DNA from: Bacilli bacterium
GTDB taxonomy: Bacteria; Bacillota_I; Bacilli_A; RF39; UBA660
Assembly (NCBI GenBank): GCA_036648855.1
Contig: JAVWCU010000004.1
Coordinates: 1 to 45,729, forward strand
Direction: 5' to 3'
Length of the DNA: 45,729 nt
Made by a program: the position numbers and the translations under genes. The notes under the pieces are model-generated. The model was given only the letters and a program-made list of their open reading frames with translations. It had not been told where the DNA came from and searched no databases. Shown here one piece after another: positions 1 through 8,447 of this stretch. Numbering within the stretch: the first letter of the stretch is position 1; each line of letters opens with the position of its first letter.

Positions 1-8
1 ATTTTAAT

Positions 9-37
9 TTGTAAAAAGTAAGAACATCTTCTATAAT
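9..37 (+). promoter_or_regulatory. sigmaA-type promoter of pdp
   Basis: TTGTAA (9-14), 17 bp spacer, TATAAT (32-37), then an AGGAG RBS before ATG 58. Confidence 0.7.
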
Positions 38-57
38 GATAATAGGAGAAGATAAAT

Positions 58-1281
58 ATGAATATAGTAGAAATAATTAATAAAAAAAGACTTAAAGAAG
101 TACTTAGTAAAGAAGAATTAGAGTATGCCTTCAATGGCTATTTAAAAGACCTCATTCCGGATTATCAAATGAGTAGTTTATTAATGGCTATCTGTATAAA
201 TGGTATGTCAGATGAAGAAATATTTAATTTAACGGATATTTTTATTAATAGTGGAGATAAATTAGATTTATCTATGATTAACAGCATAAAAGTAGATAAA
301 CATTCAACTGGTGGTGTCGGAGATAAGACTACTTTAATAGTCCTACCACTTGTAGCCAGTTGTGGTGTAGTCGTTCCCAAGATGAGTGGAAGAGGTTTGG
401 GCCATACCGGTGGTACGATTGATAAACTAGAAAGTATTCCAGGCTTTAAAGTAGATTTAGATGAAAATGAATTCTTAAATTTAATAAAAAAGAATGGTTT
501 AGCTATAACTTCTCAAACTAAAAACTTAACTCCTTTAGATAAAAAAATCTATGCTTTAAGAGATGTGACTGGTACAACTGAATCTATTCCCCTAATAGCG
601 TCTTCTATTATGTCTAAGAAAATAGCGGGCAGTGCTAATAAAATTTTAGTTGATATTAAGGTCGGTACAGGGGCTCTAATTAAAACCATGGGTGATGCGG
701 TTAGACTCTCTGAAATAATGAAAAAAATAGGAGCAAAGTATCAAGTAGAAGTAAGAACTTTAATGACCCCTATGGATAACCCTTTAGGACGGGCTATTGG
801 TAATAGAATAGAAGTAATGGAAGCAATAAATGTTTTAGAGGGAAAAGATAATTCCTATTTAACAGAATTATCTATTCAAATAGCTAGTCACATGGTCAGT
901 ATGGGTAAAAACATTTCTTATGATGAGGCTAAAGAAGAAGTTTTATTATCTTTAAATAACAAAGAAGCTTATCAGAAGTTTATCTCTTTTATAATTAGTC
1001 AGGGGGGGAATTTATCTAAATTAGTTTTAAGTTCTAAGACCCAGCTTATTAAAAGTCCAAAGACAGGAATTATTACGGAGATAAATGCCTTAAAAATGGG
1101 TAATTTAGCTGTTTCCTTAGGAGCAGGCAGAAGCAATAAGACTGATATTATTAAACCAGATGTAGGAATATTTTTAAACAAAGTTGTAGGTGAACAAGTG
1201 AATATTGGAGATACTTTATGCACTTTATATGTGGATAAAGAATGTTATATTCCTGTTCAAGATTATTTTATAATAAAGTAA
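58..1281 (+). CDS. pdp: pyrimidine-nucleoside (thymidine) phosphorylase
   Basis: DKHSTGGVGDK, KMSGRGLGHTGGTIDKLESIPGF and SIMSKKIA motifs. Confidence 0.95.
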   Translation: MNIVEIINKKRLKEVLSKEELEYAFNGYLKDLIPDYQMSSLLMAICINGMSDEEIFNLTDIFINSGDKLDLSMINSIKVDKHSTGGVGDKTTLIVLPLVASCGVVVPKMSGRGLGHTGGTIDKLESIPGFKVDLDENEFLNLIKKNGLAITSQTKNLTPLDKKIYALRDVTGTTESIPLIASSIMSKKIAGSANKILVDIKVGTGALIKTMGDAVRLSEIMKKIGAKYQVEVRTLMTPMDNPLGRAIGNRIEVMEAINVLEGKDNSYLTELSIQIASHMVSMGKNISYDEAKEEVLLSLNNKEAYQKFISFIISQGGNLSKLVLSSKTQLIKSPKTGIITEINALKMGNLAVSLGAGRSNKTDIIKPDVGIFLNKVVGEQVNIGDTLCTLYVDKECYIPVQDYFIIK

Positions 1282-1299
1282 AAGAGCATAGTGCTCTTT
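1281..1299. terminator. bidirectional intrinsic terminator
   Basis: AAAGAGCA-TAG-TGCTCTTT hairpin between convergent genes. Confidence 0.75.
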
Positions 1300-2209
1300 A
1301 TTTTTTTCCATCTATAAATTTAGCATAATATTCATCAAAGGTAATATCATGTTCATGAATATAAGTTGCTACTGGAACTCCAACATATCGGTAATGCCAT
1401 GATTCATAACCGTACCCAGTGATTTCTTCTTTACCCTTAGGATATCTTAAAATGAAACCAAATTTATAGGCATTATTTTTCATCCAAGTAAATTCTTTTG
1501 TTAAGTGAAAACTAGTATAGGCTTTCTCTTTATTATCAATATCAGCTACTAATCCTGTTTGGTGCTCTGAAAAACCAGCTCTGGCTGAATAAGTATCAGC
1601 TTTTTCCTTTCCATCTTGATCAACATAGTTTTGATACAAAGTTACTTGATATTTATAACTACGATAAGTTGACATAGCCCTAATTGTAAACCCCTCTTTT
1701 TTAGCCTGTAAAGCCATCTCCTCAAAAGCCTCTTTGGCCTCTTTTACTAACTGTCTACTACCATTACTATAGGTACTAGAAATAACCTCAAGCCCTTTAG
1801 GAATATAGGTACTAGGCATAGAAATATACTTATTACTTAATAAATATATTTGATTTAAATAAGGAGTATCCTTAGTGTTAGTATAAGCAGGTTTATCTAA
1901 ATTAAGATTAACCCGAGTTACCACATCTTCATTTGTTAAATTACTATGATTCTGTTTGAATGTAACATAACGGTCTAAATATTCCATTTTAAAATAGTCT
2001 ATAGATTTATTAATATTATTAAGCAGTTTAAGTTTTTCTACTATTTTATTATTTTCATCCTTGTTATTTAGAGTGGGGTTAGGCTTAGAATTATTATCTC
2101 TAATATCTTCTTTTTTGGGACTTCTTACTAAATATATTCCTCCTGCTAGTAAAATTATAATCCCAATTAATATTAAAGATAGAGTAATAGCTTTCTTTCT
2201 TTTTCTCAT
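1298..2209 (-). CDS. membrane-anchored M15B zinc D-Ala-D-Ala (or L,D-) carboxypeptidase, VanY/LdcB/YodJ-like
   Basis: N-terminal TM helix; STYRS, SEHQTGLVAD (SxHxxGxAxD) and ESWHYRYVG motifs. Confidence 0.88.
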   Translation of the reverse strand: MRKRKKAITLSLILIGIIILLAGGIYLVRSPKKEDIRDNNSKPNPTLNNKDENNKIVEKLKLLNNINKSIDYFKMEYLDRYVTFKQNHSNLTNEDVVTRVNLNLDKPAYTNTKDTPYLNQIYLLSNKYISMPSTYIPKGLEVISSTYSNGSRQLVKEAKEAFEEMALQAKKEGFTIRAMSTYRSYKYQVTLYQNYVDQDGKEKADTYSARAGFSEHQTGLVADIDNKEKAYTSFHLTKEFTWMKNNAYKFGFILRYPKGKEEITGYGYESWHYRYVGVPVATYIHEHDITFDEYYAKFIDGKK

Positions 2210-2345
2210 ATAATCACCTTAATTAATCATATCATATCAAAATAAAAAGATACTTAAAATAATTTAAATAACTATATATTTACATTTTATGACAAAACAA
2301 TCATTTATTGCTTTAAACCCTCATATTAGTTAATAGGAGGTAATT

Positions 2346-3581
2346 GTGAAAAAAGTATTAATTATCACTCTTATATTATGCTTAACTATTTTCCCTAGTT
2401 TATCTGTTTTAGCAGCTGATACTAACCCCGTTACTGGTATTTATCCAGATGAGATAGAGACAAATGAAGTTAATAAGGAGAAAGAGACATCTACACCAAG
2501 TGAACTGCTAACTAATGCCAAAAGTGGTTTACTAATGGAAGCTACTACGGGAGAAATCCTCTTTGAAAAGCAAATGGACGAAAGAATACCTGTTGCATCT
2601 ATGACTAAAATGATGGCTCAAATACTTATTTTAGAGAGTATAGAAAATGGTACTCTAACTTGGGATGAGAAAATAACAACATCCTCAAATGCAGCTGGAA
2701 TGGGTGGCAGTCAAATTTGGTTACAACCTAATGAAGTAATGACTGTTAGAGATTTAATGAAAGGTATCTCTATGGCCAGTGCTAATGACGCAACAGTTTT
2801 ATTAGCGGAGCGTATTAGTGGAACTGAAGCATCTTTTGTTGAAGCAATGAATAAAAAAGCTCTAGAATTAGGTCTTAAAAATACCCACTTCATGAATAGT
2901 ACTGGACTAGATGAAGAAAATCATTATTCAAGTAGTCATGATTTAGGTCTAATAGCTAAAGAACTCTTACAGCATCCTAGTATTTTAGAGTTTTCCTCTG
3001 TTTATGAAGATTATCTAAGAACTGACACTGCTAATAAGTTTTGGTTAGTAAATACCAATAAATTAATCCGCACCTATAAAGGAGCCGATGGTTTAAAAAC
3101 CGGTCATACGGATGCAGCTTTATACTGTATGAGTGTAACCGCTAAAAAAGATAACCTAAGATTGATTGCAGTTGTCTTAGGTGAAGAAAATAGTAAGGTA
3201 CGAAATAAAGAAACAGCAGCTTTACTAGACTATGGTTTTAATAATTACAAAATGCAACTTTTAAAGGCTAAGGGAGAAGTATTAGGTACTACTAAGATAG
3301 ATAAAGGAAATAAAGACCAAGTTATAATAGTGGCTAAAGATGATATTGGGATTGTCACAAAGAAAGCCGCCGAAGATGCAGTTTTAGATACTAAACTAGA
3401 ATTAAATAGTATTAAAATTCCTGTTAAACCTGGAGATGTTGTCGGTAAAGTTATTCTAACTAATAATGGAGGAGTAGTAGGAGAATATCCAGTTACAGTT
3501 AAAGAAGAAGTTACTAAAGCTAAATTTTTCAAACTTTATTTTAGAATTATAAAGGAAATGCTTACTGGAAATAGAGGGTAA
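2346..3581 (+). CDS. dacF: serine D-Ala-D-Ala carboxypeptidase (S11), DacF-like
   Basis: Signal peptide; SMTK, SAN and KTG motifs; GGSQIWL and FWLVNTNKL segments typical of DacF; upstream of the spoIIA locus; GTG start after AGGAGG. Confidence 0.85.
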   Translation: MKKVLIITLILCLTIFPSLSVLAADTNPVTGIYPDEIETNEVNKEKETSTPSELLTNAKSGLLMEATTGEILFEKQMDERIPVASMTKMMAQILILESIENGTLTWDEKITTSSNAAGMGGSQIWLQPNEVMTVRDLMKGISMASANDATVLLAERISGTEASFVEAMNKKALELGLKNTHFMNSTGLDEENHYSSSHDLGLIAKELLQHPSILEFSSVYEDYLRTDTANKFWLVNTNKLIRTYKGADGLKTGHTDAALYCMSVTAKKDNLRLIAVVLGEENSKVRNKETAALLDYGFNNYKMQLLKAKGEVLGTTKIDKGNKDQVIIVAKDDIGIVTKKAAEDAVLDTKLELNSIKIPVKPGDVVGKVILTNNGGVVGEYPVTVKEEVTKAKFFKLYFRIIKEMLTGNRG

Positions 3582-3668
3582 GTTGATCTAAGTAACTGTT
3601 ATTATGTGTAGATATTATTTTAGTTATTTAGTATAATTATAATGAAATAATAAGCATAAGGAGTATAT

Positions 3669-4241
3669 ATGAGAATAGGAATAGATATAGATGGAGTTTT
3701 AACAGATATAGCTAAATATGAAATAGATTTAGGAACAAAGTATTTTTGTAACCAACAAGTAAGTATAGTTGATAGTAAGGCCTACTTTACCAAAGATATG
3801 TTTAATATAACTAAGGAAATGGATAACCAGTTTTGGGCTTCTATAATTTATGATTATATAGAATCAGAACCTCCTCGGAAGTTTGCTAGTGAAATTATTA
3901 AAAAACTAAAAAATCTAGGCCATGAAATCTATTTAATTACAGCTAGGAGTAGTGAACTTAATATGTCTCAAGAAGAGATACAAAGTTTAACCTTAACCTG
4001 GTTAAAGGAAAATGACATTTACTATGATAAAATTATTTTTAGTCCTGAAGATAAATTAGAAGTATGTCTAGATAATAAAATTGATCTAATGATTGAAGAT
4101 AAACCAGAAAATATTAAGGACATTTCTTCTAAAATACCGGTAATAGTTTTTGATAGCAATTATAACGAAACTTGCTTAGGCCCTAATATTATTAGATGTT
4201 ATAGTTGGTATGATATTTATATTAAAATAATTACCATGTAA
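3669..4241 (+). CDS. HAD-superfamily phosphatase, 5'(3')-deoxyribonucleotidase (NT5C/YqfW)-like
   Basis: IGIDIDGVL motif I, ITAR motif II, MIEDKPEN motif IV. Confidence 0.85.
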   Translation: MRIGIDIDGVLTDIAKYEIDLGTKYFCNQQVSIVDSKAYFTKDMFNITKEMDNQFWASIIYDYIESEPPRKFASEIIKKLKNLGHEIYLITARSSELNMSQEEIQSLTLTWLKENDIYYDKIIFSPEDKLEVCLDNKIDLMIEDKPENIKDISSKIPVIVFDSNYNETCLGPNIIRCYSWYDIYIKIITM

Positions 4242-4246
4242 TAAAT

Positions 4247-4275
4247 AAAGTACTATTAATTAGGTAGTACTTTTT
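4247..4275 (+). terminator. intrinsic terminator
   Basis: AAAGTACTA...TAGTACTTT stem followed by a T-run. Confidence 0.7.
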
Positions 4276-4298
4276 ATATGTATAAAAATCCTGTCACT

Positions 4299-4337
4299 TT
4301 TTGTCGAATGAATAATTTGTAAGGTTTTGTCGAATGA
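4299..4337 (+). promoter_or_regulatory. tandem Spo0A boxes (0A boxes)
   Basis: TGTCGAA at 4302-4308 and 4328-4334, inside a 13-bp direct repeat TTTTGTCGAATGA, upstream of the spoIIA-like operon. Confidence 0.8.
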
Positions 4338-4387
4338 GTAGAAAGATATAAAAAAATGATTTATATTTAATGGCATGAGGTGATTAG

Positions 4388-4726
4388 ATGCTAGAAACAG
4401 CAGAGTTTCGTAAAGGAATATTATTTTTAAGACTAACTGGAGTAATTAGAGAAATAGAGTCTAAAGAACTAAATTATTATTTTAAATATTTAGTTGAAGA
4501 AAGTGGCATTAAATATATTGCACTTAATTTATCAGGATTATCTAGTATCAATAAAGGGGGCATAGCACTATTAGATCAACTTGATAAAAAAATTAAGGGT
4601 AATGGAGGTAATCTAATTTTATGTGGAGCTAGTGATAGATTAGGAGGTAAAATCAGGAAAAATAGTTTATTCAATATTTGTAGTAGTACCAGTGAATTAA
4701 ATGTTTTTAATATGATTAATATTTAA
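4388..4726 (+). CDS. spoIIAA: STAS-domain protein, divergent SpoIIAA (anti-sigma-F antagonist)-like
   Basis: LRLTG, YIALNLSGL and IKGNGGNLILC follow the SpoIIAA pattern; syntenic before sigF; the FMDSSG motif is replaced by SINKGG. Confidence 0.7.
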   Translation: MLETAEFRKGILFLRLTGVIREIESKELNYYFKYLVEESGIKYIALNLSGLSSINKGGIALLDQLDKKIKGNGGNLILCGASDRLGGKIRKNSLFNICSSTSELNVFNMINI

Positions 4727-4737
4727 GGAGGATAACT

Positions 4738-5400
4738 ATGCCAGATACCATTGTTCAAGAGAATGAAAGATTAGTTTATTCAATTATTAGTAAATTTAGA
4801 AGATATTATGATGTAGATGATTTATATCAAGTGGGAATGTTAGGTTTATTTAAAGCTTATCAAAAGTTCGATAGTAGCTTTGACACAAAGTTTTCTACTT
4901 ATGCTCATACTTATATTTGGGGTGAAGTATTAAAGTTTGTCAGAGAAGATAAAAGTATAAAAATTAATAAGGAAACTATGAAAATAGCAAAAGTTGTAGA
5001 TAAAACCAGAGAATTTTTAACTCAAAAACTAATGAGAACACCTACTATAACAGAAATATCTTTATTTTTAGAAATAGATGAAAAAATAGTTTTAGATGCA
5101 GAGTTGTCTAAGGAATTCATCAGAAGTCTAGATTTTATTTTAAATGAAGAAAATGATGGTAAGGATCTTAATCTTTATGACCATTTAGCTGTTACTGAAA
5201 AAAAATATAATTCTAATGTTCAAGACTTATATACGGAGTTAGACAAGCTAGAAGAGAAAGACAGAAGACTTATTAAGTACCGTTACTTTGAAGATTATAC
5301 TCAAAGTGAGGCTTCTCAAGAACTAGGGATGAGTCAAGTCCAAGTGTCTAGAACGGAGGCTAAAATATTAACTAAGTTAAAAAATAAATTAATAGTTTAG
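4738..5400 (+). CDS. sigF: sporulation sigma factor SigF (N-terminally short)
   Basis: NERLVYSII, DDLYQVG, KFSTYA, RTPTITEI and YTQSEASQELGMSQVQVSR (SigF-type region 4.2); context dacF-spoIIAA-sigF-spoVA. Confidence 0.82.
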   Translation: MPDTIVQENERLVYSIISKFRRYYDVDDLYQVGMLGLFKAYQKFDSSFDTKFSTYAHTYIWGEVLKFVREDKSIKINKETMKIAKVVDKTREFLTQKLMRTPTITEISLFLEIDEKIVLDAELSKEFIRSLDFILNEENDGKDLNLYDHLAVTEKKYNSNVQDLYTELDKLEEKDRRLIKYRYFEDYTQSEASQELGMSQVQVSRTEAKILTKLKNKLIV

Positions 5401-5440
5401 TTAGAGTAGTCTTAAATAATAAATATTATTCTTTGTAAAG

Positions 5441-5469
5441 GTATATAGCTTTAAAAATAGTCCATGCTA
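5441..5469 (+). promoter_or_regulatory. sigmaG/F-type forespore promoter of spoVA
   Basis: GTATA (5441-5445), 17 bp, CATGCTA (5463-5469); spoVA is sigmaG-dependent in model spore formers. Confidence 0.65.
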
Positions 5470-5484
5470 TAGTTAGGTGATAAT

Positions 5485-5931
5485 ATGGATAAAAAGCAAT
5501 ATACTAAAATTGTAGCTCTTCATAAACCTAAAGAGGCAAAGCTAAAAAATGCTCTTATAGCGTTTATTATAGGTGGAGTAGTAGGTACAACTGGACAACT
5601 ATTAATTGAAGTTTACAGTAATATCTTAAGTATAAGTAGTAAAGATGCCTCTATCTTTATGATTATAACTTTAATTTTTTTGGCCTCATTATTTACAGCT
5701 TTAGGCTTCTTTGATAAGTGGGTTAGTTTTGCCAAGTGCGGATTAATTATTCCTATCACAGGTTTTGCGCATTCAATGACTAGTGCAGGGATAGAATACC
5801 GTAGGGAAGGACCTGTCTTTGGAATAGGTAGTAATATTTTTAAACTAGCAGGTTCTGTTATCTTATATGGTGTAGTTTCAGCATGGTTCTTTGGTATAAT
5901 TAGACTAGTAATTATAGGTATTAAGCTATGA
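5485..5931 (+). CDS. spoVAC: stage V sporulation protein AC
   Basis: Hydrophobic; IPITGFAHSM and GIGSNIFKLAGSVILYG motifs. Confidence 0.93.
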   Translation: MDKKQYTKIVALHKPKEAKLKNALIAFIIGGVVGTTGQLLIEVYSNILSISSKDASIFMIITLIFLASLFTALGFFDKWVSFAKCGLIIPITGFAHSMTSAGIEYRREGPVFGIGSNIFKLAGSVILYGVVSAWFFGIIRLVIIGIKL

Positions 5932-6923
5932 CAGAAAAATATAATAATGTCTATATAAAGGAGACCTCTACAGTAGCAGGACCATATGAGGCAAAAGGTC
6001 CTTTAAATAAGTATTTCGATAAAACCTATAAAGATTTATATAATAATGAAAAGTGCTGGGAATTAGCAGAAGTTCATCTTCTAAAAGAAAGTATAAATAT
6101 TCTCTTAAAAAAGATTAATTTAAAAAAAGAGAGTATTGATCTAATTATAGCTGGTGATTTATTAAATCAAATTACTGCCTCTTGTTATGCAATAGAATCT
6201 TTTAACATACCCTTTCTAGGTATTTATAGTGCCTGTGCTACTAGTATTGAAGGGATGATTATAGCCTCTAAATTTATTGAAAGTAAAACCGTTTCAAATA
6301 TTATTGTATCTTCTTCATCTCATAATATGAGTAGTGAAAAACAATTTCGTAATCCAACAGAATATGGGGCCCCTAAACCAAAAACTGCTACATTTACAGC
6401 AACAGGTGGGGCAAGTATATTAATTACTAGTGAAAAAAGTAGAGTTAAGGTAGAAAGTTCTACTATTGGCACTATTTGTAATTTAGATCAACATGATGCT
6501 TCTAATATGGGAGCCACCATGGCCCCTGCTGCAGCTAAGACCATTTATGAGCATTTAACTTCTTTAAAGAGAACTCCAAGTTATTATGATTTAATTTTAA
6601 CTGGTGATTTAGGTATTTATGGTAAAAATATAGTCATTGATTTTATGAAAGCAGAGTACAATTTAGATATTCATAGTAACTATAATGACTGTGGAATTAT
6701 GCTATATGACTTAAAAAAGCAAAAAGAAATATTTGCAGGTGGAAGCGGCCCTGTTTGCAGTGCTTTAGTAAATTATAGCTATATTATGGAACAACTTAAA
6801 ACTAAAAAATTAAAAAGAGTTTTATTAGTCGCAACTGGTGCCTTATTTTCTCCTACATTTACTAATCTTAAACAACCAATCTTAAGTATTGCACATGCTA
6901 TTAGTTTGGAGGGAGTAGAATGA
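5928..6923 (+). CDS. spoVAD: stage V sporulation protein AD (DPA binding)
   Basis: AGDLLNQ, EKQFRNPTEYG, NMGATMAPAA, TGDLG and GGSG motifs; ATGA overlap with spoVAC. Confidence 0.95.
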   Translation: MTEKYNNVYIKETSTVAGPYEAKGPLNKYFDKTYKDLYNNEKCWELAEVHLLKESINILLKKINLKKESIDLIIAGDLLNQITASCYAIESFNIPFLGIYSACATSIEGMIIASKFIESKTVSNIIVSSSSHNMSSEKQFRNPTEYGAPKPKTATFTATGGASILITSEKSRVKVESSTIGTICNLDQHDASNMGATMAPAAAKTIYEHLTSLKRTPSYYDLILTGDLGIYGKNIVIDFMKAEYNLDIHSNYNDCGIMLYDLKKQKEIFAGGSGPVCSALVNYSYIMEQLKTKKLKRVLLVATGALFSPTFTNLKQPILSIAHAISLEGVE

Positions 6924-7270
6924 TATATTTATATTCTTTTCTCTTTGCAGGAACTATCTGTTTCCTTGGCCAGATTATTTTAGATAATACTAAGTTAACA
7001 CCAGGTCATATTACCAGTATCTTTGTAGTAATAGGTGCTTTCCTAGATACATTCAGTATCTATGATAAAATAATTGCCTTTGTTGGAGGCGGAGCTTTAG
7101 TCCCTATTACTAGTTTTGGGCACTTATTAATTCATGGAGCCTTATCTAAAGCTATTGATTATGGACCAGTCGGACTAGCAATGGGAATGTTTGATTTAAC
7201 AGCATCAGGAATAACCTCAGCAATAGTGTTTACTTTCTTCTTTGCCCTATTCTTTAAACCAAAAAACTAA
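6920..7270 (+). CDS. spoVAEb: stage V sporulation protein AEb
   Basis: 116-aa hydrophobic protein with TKLTPGHI and GALVPITSFG; ATGA overlap with spoVAD. Confidence 0.9.
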   Translation: MIYLYSFLFAGTICFLGQIILDNTKLTPGHITSIFVVIGAFLDTFSIYDKIIAFVGGGALVPITSFGHLLIHGALSKAIDYGPVGLAMGMFDLTASGITSAIVFTFFFALFFKPKN

Positions 7271-7275
7271 AAAAA

Positions 7276-7300
7276 TAAAGAACAAAAAAACTGTTCTTTA
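7276..7300. terminator. bidirectional intrinsic terminator
   Basis: TAAAGAACA...TGTTCTTTA inverted repeat between convergent genes. Confidence 0.6.
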
Positions 7301-7603
7301 TTTTTCTATATTAGATAATTCAATAATTAAATCCATATTATCGTCATTAGCGATAATGTTTTTATGAAGACTATGACATTTTTCACATTTATAAATAATT
7401 TTATATGAGTCTTTAAATTTCTCTATACCAATAGGTTTTAATAATCCCAAACAAGTATTATTTCTATCCCCTGGTAGAATATCAACATGCTTTGAATACA
7501 AGCAAAAAGGACAATGATCTCTCGCTGTATAATTTAATTTATTAATGCTATTCCCACAGTTATCACAAACAAAACTTTCATCTTTCATTGTAAATCTCTT
7601 CAT
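7298..7603 (-). CDS. RNHCP-domain zinc-binding protein
   Basis: FVCDNCG, RDHCPFCLYSKHVD and CEKC; start moved to ATG 7603 for RBS (AAGGGG) spacing. Confidence 0.88.
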   Translation of the reverse strand: MKRFTMKDESFVCDNCGNSINKLNYTARDHCPFCLYSKHVDILPGDRNNTCLGLLKPIGIEKFKDSYKIIYKCEKCHSLHKNIIANDDNMDLIIELSNIEK

Positions 7604-7724
7604 TAACATACCCCTTTAATAAAATAAATATAACAAACTAATACTTAAAATGCAATATTTAGTAAGTTCTAAGTCAAATAATATAAGGTATATGCTATAA
7701 TGTATAAATAAGTGTATATAGGAA

Positions 7725-8444
7725 GTGAAGACTGTGGAGTATGAAGTTAAATTAGAAGAATTTGAAGGACCGTTAGATCTTTTACTGCATTTTGTAAAAG
7801 AATCTAAAGTAGATATCTTAGATATAAAAATAGAGGATATTGCTAATCAATATTTAGCTTATATAAAACAGCTAGAAGCTCTTAATTTAAATATTGCTAG
7901 TGAATATTTAGTTTTAGCTAGTGAATTAATTGAAATAAAATCTAGATTATTACTTCCCGTTAAACAAGAGGACATAGCAGATGAAGAAGATGATCCAAAA
8001 GAAGTCTTAATAAACCGATTAATTGAATATCAAAGATATAAAGATATGACTAAGAATTTTAAAGAATTAGAGGAAATAAGACAAGAAATTCACACTAAGT
8101 CTCCAGAAAAGATAACGGAATATGTTGATCAAGAAACAGTTATTACTAGTGATATCACTCTAGATGATTTAGTAAATGCTTTTGGGAGATTTTTAAAAAG
8201 GCAACAAGATAATCTACCTATTCCTACTAAAGTAACTAATAAAGAAATAACCGTTGCAAATAGAAGAATAGAAATAAATCAGGTTTTAAAAGAAAAAGGT
8301 CGAGTTAATTTTTTTGAATTATTTAATATCTTAACTAGAGAGTATATCGTAGTAACATTTTTAGCTATTTTAGAAATGGCTAAAGAAAAAGAATTAAAAA
8401 TAGAACAAGAAGATAACTTTGAAGCTATTTTTTGTGAGGTGTAG
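7725..8444 (+). CDS. scpA: segregation and condensation protein A
   Basis: FEGPLDLLL, EIKSRLLLP and VVTFLAILEM; start may be GTG 7734. Confidence 0.95.
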   Translation: MKTVEYEVKLEEFEGPLDLLLHFVKESKVDILDIKIEDIANQYLAYIKQLEALNLNIASEYLVLASELIEIKSRLLLPVKQEDIADEEDDPKEVLINRLIEYQRYKDMTKNFKELEEIRQEIHTKSPEKITEYVDQETVITSDITLDDLVNAFGRFLKRQQDNLPIPTKVTNKEITVANRRIEINQVLKEKGRVNFFELFNILTREYIVVTFLAILEMAKEKELKIEQEDNFEAIFCEV

Positions 8445-8447
8445 AAA

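Noticed and set aside
1298-2209. vanY vancomycin-resistance gene
   Set aside because: No vanHAX or vanRS context; M15B carboxypeptidases are common housekeeping enzymes.
4242-4387. spoIIAB remnant upstream of the STAS gene
   Set aside because: The interval is short and accounted for by a terminator, 0A boxes and the RBS; no GHKL motif seen.
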